A program made the translations under genes and the position numbers. A stretch of DNA of 24,090 bases from the IMG/VR virus record IMGVR_UViG_3300020438_000270, positions 1-24,090 of that record. One strand, 5' to 3'. Under the pieces are notes generated by a model. It was given only the letters and a program-made list of their open reading frames with translations. It did no database searches and was not told where the DNA came from. The DNA is from a virus. Taxonomy: Duplodnaviria > Caudoviricetes. Below, piece by piece: positions 16,344 to 24,090 of the stretch. Each line of letters begins with the position of its first letter. Position 1 is the first letter of the stretch.

Positions 16344-17239
16344 AACAGTTCACACAATTCATAACCGAAGCAAGAACTACTAAGGCATCGCAGGAAGCAA
16401 TGCGTTTAGGTTTAGTTGGTGACGGTCATGGAGACTGGTATGATAGACAAGGAAACCTGAAAGCAAAAACTGTCAAGGGTGAACTTAAGATGTTTAGTGG
16501 TCAGGGCAGTGGTGATGATGAGTTAGGCACTGCGGGATCTGGTGCAGCAGCAACAGTTGCTAAACGTGGTTCAGGTGATGACGGACCTACACTTGCAAGT
16601 AAAGTTGCAGCAAGGTCAGTACAAACAGCAGAACCTAATCCAAACTCTGCTAACGGTCAAGCAAAAGCAGCACTACAGAATGTCAGTAGAGAGAACCCAC
16701 TTACGATTGCGTTTGATAAATTTGACAAAGACGATGTCACCGATAACATACTTGCTACAGTAGAGGAAGTATCAGGTGGAGAATACTTCTACATATTCCC
16801 AAGTAGAGAAACTGAAATTGAGGATCTAAAAAATGCATATCCTAAGATTAGCGAGTCCATCGTTGATGATGCAAACGCAGAAACAATCTACGACGTCTTA
16901 CAATCCCTCTATGAGAATGGATTTGACGCAATTAATATCGTTGTACGACAATCAAGAGCAAAAGAAATCTCAGAACTAGCATTGAAAGCAAACGGTCAAC
17001 TCTACAATTTTGTTATGATGAACGTCATACCTGTAGATGAACGTACTATAAGAGAGCAATACTTGGCAGGAGATATATTCAAAGATGGTTCAATGATTGA
17101 GTCAAACAGTAGAGTTGGACAGATTTTTAGACGTGGTGCCAACCACTTAATTTGTGTTGATGAGAATAAAGAAATCTTTAGAGCATGGATATCAGAGGCA
17201 AAGGAATTAGACAAACTATTCCTGCCACTTGATTTTTGA
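16340..17239 (+). CDS. Degenerate cytidyltransferase-like protein with capsid-targeting-like N-terminus
   Basis: MKQFTQFITE|A leader, GLVGDGHGDWYD module, Gly/Ala linker, Rossmann-like LTIAF...TIYDVL..LYENGFDAINIVV, and a C-terminal REQYLAGDIF...RRGANHLI...W domain. HxGH is absent. ATAAATA at 16264-16270. Confidence 0.65.
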   Translation: MKQFTQFITEARTTKASQEAMRLGLVGDGHGDWYDRQGNLKAKTVKGELKMFSGQGSGDDELGTAGSGAAATVAKRGSGDDGPTLASKVAARSVQTAEPNPNSANGQAKAALQNVSRENPLTIAFDKFDKDDVTDNILATVEEVSGGEYFYIFPSRETEIEDLKNAYPKISESIVDDANAETIYDVLQSLYENGFDAINIVVRQSRAKEISELALKANGQLYNFVMMNVIPVDERTIREQYLAGDIFKDGSMIESNSRVGQIFRRGANHLICVDENKEIFRAWISEAKELDKLFLPLDF

Positions 17240-17245
17240 TAAATA
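17239..17245 (+). promoter_or_regulatory. T4-like late promoter core
   Basis: ATAAATA ending 24 bp before ATG 17269. Confidence 0.6.
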
Positions 17246-17268
17246 ATACGATAAGACTTAGGAAAGAA

Positions 17269-18006
17269 ATGAGTAATCCATTTACACAAGTATACGATGA
17301 TCTAAGATCACCTTATTTGCATGAGAAGAAAGCAAAGAAAGACTACGATGGTGACGGTAAGATTGAAAGTGGTTCTAAGGAACATGCTGGTGCAGTTCAT
17401 AATGCTATACAAAAGAAGAAGGGTGGCAAAGCGGACGGTCAGGACACTCGTTCAGAGGGTACAGCGTATGGAATTTATAAAGGTGATGGTAAAGTAAAGG
17501 TTGGACAGGCACCACGCAAACAAAAAGGTGCTATGGCATATGATGGACCTAACAAGAAGAGATCAGAAGCTGCTGATAGAGTCCTTGCTAAGACTAAGGC
17601 AAAGAGAGCGAAGATGAAGAAGGAAGACTGGAGAGCAGACTTAGGAATTGAAATAGTTGAGCATCACAAGACAGACGCTGATGGTAACGTCATACCTCAT
17701 GAAGATGAAGCAGATGGCACACCTAGTTCAGTTGAAGAAGCAACTAAAGGTGAGAAGTTAGAAATCAAAACAACTGGTGTAAAGAATAAGATTGAAATCA
17801 ATCCAACTGTGCAGACTGAGGCAAGAGATAGATTGCTAGAGAAGATGTCTCAAGCAAGTAAGAATGTGGGGACTGACAAGTGTTGGTCAGGTTATAAGAG
17901 AGCAGGAACTCAAATGAAGAAGGGAAAAGTTGTTCCTAAATGTGAAAAGGAATCTCTACTAGATAAAGTAGAGTCGGATGCACTCAAGATGCTCAATGCT
18001 AAGTGA
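17269..18006 (+). CDS. Lys-rich modular protein, putative head-internal polyprotein 1
   Basis: Start moved to ATG 17269 (after the late promoter, with AGGAAAG). Basic modules are separated by LHE, IVE, VEE and LLE linkers. Contains a DYDGDGKIE loop and a CWSGYK...VPKC module. Confidence 0.7.
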   Translation: MSNPFTQVYDDLRSPYLHEKKAKKDYDGDGKIESGSKEHAGAVHNAIQKKKGGKADGQDTRSEGTAYGIYKGDGKVKVGQAPRKQKGAMAYDGPNKKRSEAADRVLAKTKAKRAKMKKEDWRADLGIEIVEHHKTDADGNVIPHEDEADGTPSSVEEATKGEKLEIKTTGVKNKIEINPTVQTEARDRLLEKMSQASKNVGTDKCWSGYKRAGTQMKKGKVVPKCEKESLLDKVESDALKMLNAK

Positions 18007-20386
18007 AAAAGCAGTCTCCCGAAAACAACAACGATTCTTCGGGATGGTTAGAGCGGCTCAGAAAGGTGAAGCGAAAGCTTCCTCACCTGAGGTTTCCAGA
18101 GCTGCTTCCAGCATAAAGATGAAGGATGCAAAGAAGTTTGCATCTACTAAACATAAAGGACTACCTGAAAAGAAAATGAAAAAGGAATCTGTTAGCGAAG
18201 ATGCTAAGATGGCAAGACAGAGTGATGAAAATCTCGCTGCTGCACAAAAAAAGTTTAGTAGTATGGATCAATCTCCTTCCAATAAATTCATGTTGGGTAG
18301 AGTCAACAAAGAAATTGCTAGAAGAAAGAAGGGTGTGAAAGAAGCTGTGGAACTAAAGAAAGCGAAGATAAATTATAAGACCACTAAGAAAGGTGGTAAG
18401 ACAACTCATCATGTCAATAAAAATGACGAGGCAGATGCACAAAAAGCAATGAAGAATGATCCAAAATACATTCTTGGTAAGACTAGAGTAAAACCTGTAA
18501 AGGAAGAAGAAGCATTTCATAGTATGTCTAGTAAAGAGTTTAAGAAAACTCATAAAGATTTTAAGAGTGGGTCAAAGAAAAAGGGTAACGCAAGAGTAAC
18601 AAAGGGAGTTACTAATCCATCAGGCACTACAACACCTTCATCAAGACGTGTAAAATTTACTGATGAGTATGTACCTGAGGGTGCTAATCCTTATGGTAAG
18701 AGAGCAAAGATAAAGATGATCATCAAAGGATTCTCTGAGAAGAATAGATCCAAAGCAGGTGCTGTAAAGGAAGATGTTATTGATGAAAACATGGTCAAAG
18801 ATGTTATTGCTAATGTAAAGAAGGTTGGTGGTAAGATAAAGGATAAGGTAAAGGATGCAATAAATCGTCCTATTATGGCACCTACCATAAACAAGCAGCA
18901 GCACCTACAGAAGATAAGAAACTCAGGCGGTAACCCATCTCATTGGGAATCAGCACAAAATGAGGGTGCATTGGCTACTGGTGCAGCACTAACTGCTGCC
19001 GGTCTTGCTGCATGGAAGTTTTCTAAAGGTATGCAGACAAGAAACCAGATGAAGAAGGCTGTTGACACACCTGGTACTAAACTTAATAGCATAAAAAATG
19101 CAACTGATCAGAAGAATAAGATGCTACAGCAACTGAATCAGTCACACGAACCTGAGGGTGAAGTGGTGGAAGACTTCTATAAGAAGAAGTATGATGTGAA
19201 GAAGGGTGGTTATCAGAAAACAAATAAGATGACCAAATCAAATAAAAGATCGGGTGATAGTAAAGCACAGTATAGAGAATTACATAAGGATCTAGCGAAG
19301 GAAGATACTATTGTAGAGAAGAAAAAGATGGTCAAGATCAAGGTCAACAAACCTATTAAGACTAAGGTAACTGACGTTGGGGCTGGTGGTAAGGAGTATG
19401 TTAGAAAGGATTGGAGTGAGGAGAATCTAGTTGAGATAAAGTTTAGTTTTAGAAAGGCATCTCCTAAGAAAGCAGAGAAGGCACAAGACGCTGGTGCTAG
19501 AGGTAGAAGATTGATAAAGAGAAGAGAGTATGCTGCTAAGATATCAGGCAGTGAGGACAATGTACCTGATGATCTAAGAGATCATTATGAAGTAAGTGAA
19601 GGTAAGAAGAAAGGTCTATGGGATAACATCCATGCCAAGCGTAAGCGTGGCGAAGCACCTGCTAAAAAGGGTGACAAGGACTATCCAAAGACTCTTAATG
19701 TAGAGAATGAACTGAAAAATATTCAGCAAATGATCAAGACAAAGACCATGAACGGTAAAACTTTATCTGATAAGCAGATACAGGGTTTGAAAGCTGGTCT
19801 TACACAAGGTGGTAACAAGGTACAAGAGGGTGCTGCATGGACTAAGAAGGCAGGTAAGAAAAAGTCAGGTGGTTTGAATGAGAAAGGTAGGAAGTCTTAT
19901 GAAAAAGAAAATCCTGGTTCTGACTTAAAAGCACCAAGTAAAAAGAAAGGTAACAAGAGAAGAGCATCATTCTGTGCAAGAATGAGTGGTATGAAGAAGA
20001 AGTTGACCTCTAAGAAGACTGCTAGTGATCCAGATAGTAGGATAAACAAATCTCTAAGAGCATGGAACTGTAGTTATGAATTTGATGGTAATGAAATAAT
20101 CATTAATGAAAAAGATACTGCACTTGATCTAGTAAAGAAAAGTATACATGACAAGTATGGTAAAGGTGCCATCATGAGAAAGGGTAGTAATCAAAAGAAG
20201 AAAGTCAGAGGGGAAAAGTCTACCAGTGGTACAGGTAAGTATCTGAAGAAGCATCAAGAGAAGCAACAGCTGAAGAAGGATGCGAAAGAGATGGGATACG
20301 GTAAGGATACTAAGTCTTATGTTAATACAAGAGCAAGATATGGTAGCAAGGAGAACATGAAATCAGGTAAAGGTCTAGGAACATGA
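17996..20386 (+). CDS. Large Lys-rich modular protein, putative head-internal polyprotein 2
   Basis: About 796 aa from ATG 17996 (MLSE|K). About 14 basic modules are separated by acidic linkers, mostly ending hydrophobic-x-E. Includes a GGLNEKGRKSY...RRASFCARM...SLRAWNC module (DUF6321-like, from memory) at 19829-20071. Confidence 0.75.
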   Translation: MLSEKAVSRKQQRFFGMVRAAQKGEAKASSPEVSRAASSIKMKDAKKFASTKHKGLPEKKMKKESVSEDAKMARQSDENLAAAQKKFSSMDQSPSNKFMLGRVNKEIARRKKGVKEAVELKKAKINYKTTKKGGKTTHHVNKNDEADAQKAMKNDPKYILGKTRVKPVKEEEAFHSMSSKEFKKTHKDFKSGSKKKGNARVTKGVTNPSGTTTPSSRRVKFTDEYVPEGANPYGKRAKIKMIIKGFSEKNRSKAGAVKEDVIDENMVKDVIANVKKVGGKIKDKVKDAINRPIMAPTINKQQHLQKIRNSGGNPSHWESAQNEGALATGAALTAAGLAAWKFSKGMQTRNQMKKAVDTPGTKLNSIKNATDQKNKMLQQLNQSHEPEGEVVEDFYKKKYDVKKGGYQKTNKMTKSNKRSGDSKAQYRELHKDLAKEDTIVEKKKMVKIKVNKPIKTKVTDVGAGGKEYVRKDWSEENLVEIKFSFRKASPKKAEKAQDAGARGRRLIKRREYAAKISGSEDNVPDDLRDHYEVSEGKKKGLWDNIHAKRKRGEAPAKKGDKDYPKTLNVENELKNIQQMIKTKTMNGKTLSDKQIQGLKAGLTQGGNKVQEGAAWTKKAGKKKSGGLNEKGRKSYEKENPGSDLKAPSKKKGNKRRASFCARMSGMKKKLTSKKTASDPDSRINKSLRAWNCSYEFDGNEIIINEKDTALDLVKKSIHDKYGKGAIMRKGSNQKKKVRGEKSTSGTGKYLKKHQEKQQLKKDAKEMGYGKDTKSYVNTRARYGSKENMKSGKGLGT

Positions 20387-20553
20387 AGACATTCAAGCAA
20401 TTCAAAGAGGGTAATGTCACTGGTATCAATGACGGTGGCATGAAGGACGCTCAGAACGCAGCAAATAAGGATATGAAGAATACTAAGTATGACCCTACAG
20501 AGGGTAAGAGACGTGGTAAAGGACTATTAAATAGATTACTAAAAGGAGTCTAG
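20383..20553 (+). CDS. Small protein with T4 internal-protein capsid-targeting-like leader (56 aa; not in ORF track)
   Basis: MKTFKQFKE|GNVTGINDGG...GKRRGKGLLNRLLKGV*; ATGA overlap; leader resembles T4 IP MKTYQEFIAE. Confidence 0.7.
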   Translation: MKTFKQFKEGNVTGINDGGMKDAQNAANKDMKNTKYDPTEGKRRGKGLLNRLLKGV

Positions 20554-20591
20554 ATAATAACCTATATAATATGAACTAAAAATGAATTATC

Positions 20592-20786
20592 ATGTTTGGA
20601 TTTCTACTACCGATTGCTACTAAAGTCATCACAGACGCAGTAGACAAGATACCTGACAATGAAGAGTTGGGTGAGAAACTTATAGATGTATGTCTAATCA
20701 TACTTGGTAAAGCAGTAAAGCTTACAAAGACTGATATGGATGACAAACTTCTAGCAACAGTGGCGGCTGCAATCAAAGCCAAATAA
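20592..20786 (+). CDS. Small amphipathic hypothetical protein (64 aa)
   Basis: MFGFLLPIATKVI...TKTDMDDKLL; a type I recall as conserved in cyanomyoviruses. Confidence 0.7.
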   Translation: MFGFLLPIATKVITDAVDKIPDNEELGEKLIDVCLIILGKAVKLTKTDMDDKLLATVAAAIKAK

Positions 20787-20792
20787 TAAATA
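20786..20792 (+). promoter_or_regulatory. T4-like late promoter core
   Basis: ATAAATA ending 26 bp before ATG 20818. Confidence 0.6.
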
Positions 20793-20817
20793 GTAAAACG
20801 TAAAACAGGAAAAGCAC

Positions 20818-21387
20818 ATGGCACTATGGGGAGCTAGTGACTCAGACGAGTCAAAGCCAAAGAACTTGACAACAGTTGAAAAGAAAGAAGTTTTCGCTAA
20901 TGCTAGTGGTTGGGTAAGAGAAGCTGGTTCAGTATTCAGTGGTAACAATAACACCGATGCCGATCCTGAACTCTTAGTCGCTATTAGTGGACTAGCAGTA
21001 TCATTGGGTGCTGCTGACATCACAGAGATTGAGTTTATATCTACAGCATTTGATAAATCTGCTGGTGGAGTACTACAACTTAGAGTTAGATTTAATGAGG
21101 CAGTAGACGTAACAGGAACTCCTCAGTTAACAATCACTAATGATACAGTAGCAAGAAACGTTGTTTCTGCTTATGCTAGTGGTACAGGTACTAATGAATT
21201 AGTCTTTAGTAAGACTATTGCTGCTGCGGCTGCAGACACTAATGAAGATGACATATTATCAATTGGAGCAAACGCACTGGCACTGAACGGTGGAACAATT
21301 AAGGATAAGGGCACTAATACAGCGTCTACTATCACTTCTGTTGCTTCTATCGGTACTGCTGCTGGAACTATAACAGTTGTAGCCTAA
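20818..21387 (+). CDS. Putative virion structural/decoration protein (Ala/Thr/Gly-rich beta fold)
   Basis: MALWG start; VRFNEAVDVTGTPQL...YASGTGTNELVF...LNGGTIKD resembles Ig-like/adhesin repeat domains; late promoter upstream. Confidence 0.7.
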   Translation: MALWGASDSDESKPKNLTTVEKKEVFANASGWVREAGSVFSGNNNTDADPELLVAISGLAVSLGAADITEIEFISTAFDKSAGGVLQLRVRFNEAVDVTGTPQLTITNDTVARNVVSAYASGTGTNELVFSKTIAAAAADTNEDDILSIGANALALNGGTIKDKGTNTASTITSVASIGTAAGTITVVA

Positions 21388-21403
21388 TAGGCAATGAATC
21401 TAA

Positions 21404-21775
21404 ATGAAATTTGATGAACTAAATGATGACAATTATGTGCTCTTTGCTATAAAACATTATGAAAATCCTCATGCTGCCACTATGGAAGACTTTGAGGAGG
21501 ACTTAAAAAGATTCAAGTATATCAAAAGGTTGATGAAGAAGTATGTAGTATCAGGTGAACTAAAGCATCACTTGATACTCAACCATATGATTATTTGTTT
21601 TAATGTATTTGGTGAAGGTGCAATACCGTTATTCTTCTACAAAATTGACAAAGAGTATTGGTCTCTGATCAAAACATTTTTGCAATTTCTGAACCGAATA
21701 CCAGATTTTCCTAAAACTGGTCTCGATACAATACAAACACACAAGGAAGCCTACGTAATTCTTAACGCTATCTAA
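21404..21775 (+). CDS. Conserved T4-like hypothetical protein upstream of primase
   Basis: LNDDNYVLFAIKHYENP...FEEDLKRFKYIKRL...LILNH...NVFG, typical of T4-like phages at this position. Confidence 0.8.
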   Translation: MKFDELNDDNYVLFAIKHYENPHAATMEDFEEDLKRFKYIKRLMKKYVVSGELKHHLILNHMIICFNVFGEGAIPLFFYKIDKEYWSLIKTFLQFLNRIPDFPKTGLDTIQTHKEAYVILNAI

Positions 21776-21972
21776 TGAAAGATTGGAAAAGTATAAGAGA
21801 AGAGATGATGACCACCGATCCTGGTAGCACAGGGAAGGCAGGTTTCTCATCGAAAGCAGATGATGAAGGTCCTGTGGCAGGTTATGATAAAGGAATGAAG
21901 AAGAAGAAAAAGAAATATGCAACTGCTGGTCATGGATCACGTAGAAGATGGATGAACAGTGGACCAAAATAA
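21775..21972 (+). CDS. Small hypothetical protein (65 aa), possible internal peptide
   Basis: MKDWKSIREE leader, GPVAGYD motif and basic tail; TAATG coupling. Confidence 0.65.
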   Translation: MKDWKSIREEMMTTDPGSTGKAGFSSKADDEGPVAGYDKGMKKKKKKYATAGHGSRRRWMNSGPK

Positions 21973-22339
21973 CAACGCTAACACTGCTATACTTGAGAGA
22001 CTAGAAAGAATAGTTGAATCTCTGCAAGATAACTCCGTAAAGATGGGACAACTTCTTGCTGTGCATAATGAGAAGTTAGATAAGCAAGATAGGATAGACG
22101 CAGTATTGTTTGAGAAGATAGACTTCCTTGATGAGAAGTTAGATAGACATGCTAATGATATCAAGAAGGGATGTGAGAGAGATATTAGACTGGTAGATGG
22201 ACGTCTTCGTACCATAGAGAAGAAGATGTGGACTATTGCAGGAGCATTGACAATAGTGAGTTTTGTGGTATCACCTATAGGTCAGATATTCATGGAAAAC
22301 TTGACTCCCAATAACAACTCTGCTATCATCAAGAGATAG
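21959..22339 (+). CDS. Coiled-coil protein with C-terminal transmembrane segment
   Basis: Heptad-like N-region, LLAVHNEKL, then MWTIAGALTIVSFVVSPIG. Confidence 0.7.
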   Translation: MDQNNNANTAILERLERIVESLQDNSVKMGQLLAVHNEKLDKQDRIDAVLFEKIDFLDEKLDRHANDIKKGCERDIRLVDGRLRTIEKKMWTIAGALTIVSFVVSPIGQIFMENLTPNNNSAIIKR

Positions 22340-22352
22340 ATAAGATTTTGTA

Positions 22353-23333
22353 ATGCTACACATTGATGCCAAATATATTAATTTGGTATCTGCTCGACTA
22401 GAAAAATTCAAGCGGACAAAGAACAACCTATACACCTTTAGGTGTCCTTATTGTGGTGACTCCAAGAAGCATAAGAATAAAACTAGAGGATATCTGTACC
22501 AAATCAAGTCAGATTTCAACTTCAAGTGTCACAACTGTGGTTACTCTAGATCATTCACAAACTTCCTAAAGGATCTAGACAGTCAATTGTATGATCAGTA
22601 TGTCCTTGAGAGGTATAAGGAGGGTATTACTGGTAAAGCAACGACTACACCAGAACCAGACTTCAAGAAGGTAATCAATAAACCTGTATTCACAAAGAAG
22701 ATCAAGCTACCATTAGCATCTGAAAATGCTAGGGCATCTTCTTATTTAAAGGCAAGAAAACTAGACCCTAGTAAGTTTTATTATGCTGAAAGGTATATGC
22801 ATTTTTGCAATACTATCAAACCAACATTTACAAATATTCGTGATGATCATCCACGTATTGTAATCCCCTTCTATGACTCAAGTAAGCGTTTGATAGGGTT
22901 TCAAGGACGTGCTCTGGACGGGTTTGTACAACCTAAATATTTGACCCTGATGATGGTAGAAGATCACCCAAAAGTTTTTGGGTTTGATACTATAGATGAA
23001 ACGAAAGAGGTGTATGTCACTGAAGGACCATTTGACTCAACGTTCATTCATAATTCCATCGCTATGTGTGGTAGTGACGTTGATCTTAGTGGGTATAACA
23101 ATCTGGAACTTACCTATGTCTATGACAACGAACCAAGGAACAGGGAGATCGTCTCTAAGATTACTCAATCCATCGAGGAATCCCACAAGGTGGTGATCTT
23201 TCCCACACATATTAGAGAAAAAGATATCAATGATATGGTTCTTGCTGGACATGATGTCAATTCTCTGCTAGAATCCAACACATATACAGGATTAAAAGCC
23301 AAACTTAAATTACAAACTTGGAAAAAAGTATGA
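22353..23333 (+). CDS. gp61: DNA primase (T4 gp61)
   Basis: Zn finger CPYCGDS...CHNCG, GFQGR, and TOPRIM VTEGPFDS / YDNEPRN / KDINDM. Confidence 0.97.
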   Translation: MLHIDAKYINLVSARLEKFKRTKNNLYTFRCPYCGDSKKHKNKTRGYLYQIKSDFNFKCHNCGYSRSFTNFLKDLDSQLYDQYVLERYKEGITGKATTTPEPDFKKVINKPVFTKKIKLPLASENARASSYLKARKLDPSKFYYAERYMHFCNTIKPTFTNIRDDHPRIVIPFYDSSKRLIGFQGRALDGFVQPKYLTLMMVEDHPKVFGFDTIDETKEVYVTEGPFDSTFIHNSIAMCGSDVDLSGYNNLELTYVYDNEPRNREIVSKITQSIEESHKVVIFPTHIREKDINDMVLAGHDVNSLLESNTYTGLKAKLKLQTWKKV

Positions 23334-24090
23334 GCAACGGTATAAAAGTTGTAAAGAGAAACGGTTCATTAGAACCATTGAATCTTGATAAGATGCACGT
23401 CATGGCAGATCGTGCATGTGAAAACTTAGGAGGAGTCTCTGCATCGCAGGTAGAGATACAGTCTGGGATACAATTCTTTGATGGCATCACTACTGCTGAG
23501 ATACAAGACATACTTATCAAGTCTGCTAGTGATCTTATTGATCTGGATAATCCTAACTACCAGTTTGTTGCTGCTAGATTGATGCTCTTTGCCCTTCGTA
23601 AGGGTCTGTATGGCAAGTTGGAGAAGATTCCACACATTCGTAACCACATCAAAGCATGCGTTGAGAGGGGTCTATATGACACCACTGTGTTAGATAAATA
23701 TTCTGATGAAGAAGTTGATGAAATAAATTCATTCATTGATCATGGACGTGATTTTCTGTTTACCTATGCAGGGTTGAGACAGGTATTAGATAAGTACCTT
23801 GTTCAAGACAGAAGTACAGGTGAAGTATTTGAAACACCACAGCAAATGTATATTATGATTGCTGCTACACTATTTGCAAACTATCCAAAGGAGACGAGGT
23901 TATCTTATGTTCAGAAATACTACAACTGCATCAGCAAACACAAACTCAACATTCCCACACCTGTCATGGCGGGAGTTAGAACTCCACTTCGACAATTTGC
24001 TAGCTGTGTTCTTGTTGATATTGATGACACCCTCGATAGCATCTTTAGTTCTGATATGGCTATCGGCAAATATGTTGCACAAAGGGCGGG
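23330..24090 (+). CDS. nrdA: Ribonucleotide reductase class Ia alpha subunit (3' partial; not in ORF track)
   Basis: MSNGIKVVKRNG (ATP cone)...NYQFVAARL...FTYAGLRQVLDKYLVQDRSTG...ETPQ...PTPVMAGVRTPLRQFASCVL; open to the window end. Confidence 0.97.
   Translation, partial: MSNGIKVVKRNGSLEPLNLDKMHVMADRACENLGGVSASQVEIQSGIQFFDGITTAEIQDILIKSASDLIDLDNPNYQFVAARLMLFALRKGLYGKLEKIPHIRNHIKACVERGLYDTTVLDKYSDEEVDEINSFIDHGRDFLFTYAGLRQVLDKYLVQDRSTGEVFETPQQMYIMIAATLFANYPKETRLSYVQKYYNCISKHKLNIPTPVMAGVRTPLRQFASCVLVDIDDTLDSIFSSDMAIGKYVAQRA

Noticed and set aside
17978-18006. Programmed frameshift joining the two Lys-rich ORFs
   Set aside because: No slippery heptamer is seen at the overlap, and the second ORF has its own plausible ATG (17996, MLSE).
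17269-20386. Tandem DNA repeats or a CRISPR-like array in the AAG-rich region
   Set aside because: The low complexity reflects Lys codons; no recurring fixed-length repeat unit was found by eye.
2440-24082. All minus-strand ORFs and the short alternative-frame + ORFs in the track (e.g. 4037-4438, 6291-6506, 8221-8418, 19213-19560, 23900-24082)
   Set aside because: They lie inside or across well-supported + strand genes, have no motifs, and look like shadow ORFs.
1-24090. tRNA/rRNA genes, integrase or transposase, alternative genetic code
   Set aside because: Intergenic gaps are short with no cloverleaf seen, no mobile-element motifs were found, and core genes are full length under the standard code with all three stop codons used.

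Overview
An AT-rich segment of a T4-like myovirus genome, most like marine cyanophages, with every credible gene on the + strand. It carries the conserved replication block: gp62 clamp-loader subunit, regA, hsp20, gp43 polymerase, uvsX, gp41 helicase, mazG, gp61 primase and a partial nrdA. Accessory genes are inserted between these: an amidinotransferase-fold gene (3' end only), a Pol-beta-type nucleotidyltransferase, a B12-binding radical SAM enzyme overlapping the gp43 start, an HxGH cytidylyltransferase and a glycosyltransferase-like gene. There is also a DUF2061-like membrane protein next to a signal-peptide-less TRAP DctP binding protein, two tandem paralogous asparagine-synthetase-like PP-loop ATPases and a PD-(D/E)xK-like nuclease. 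The most striking structure is a late-promoter-driven block at about 16.3-20.6 kb. It encodes Lys-rich proteins built from short basic modules separated by acidic linkers ending mostly in hydrophobic-x-Glu, and the flanking ORFs start with T4 capsid-targeting-like sequences. My inference is that these are head-packaged polyproteins cut by the prohead protease into many small peptides. All family assignments come from motif recognition and memory; no database searches were run.
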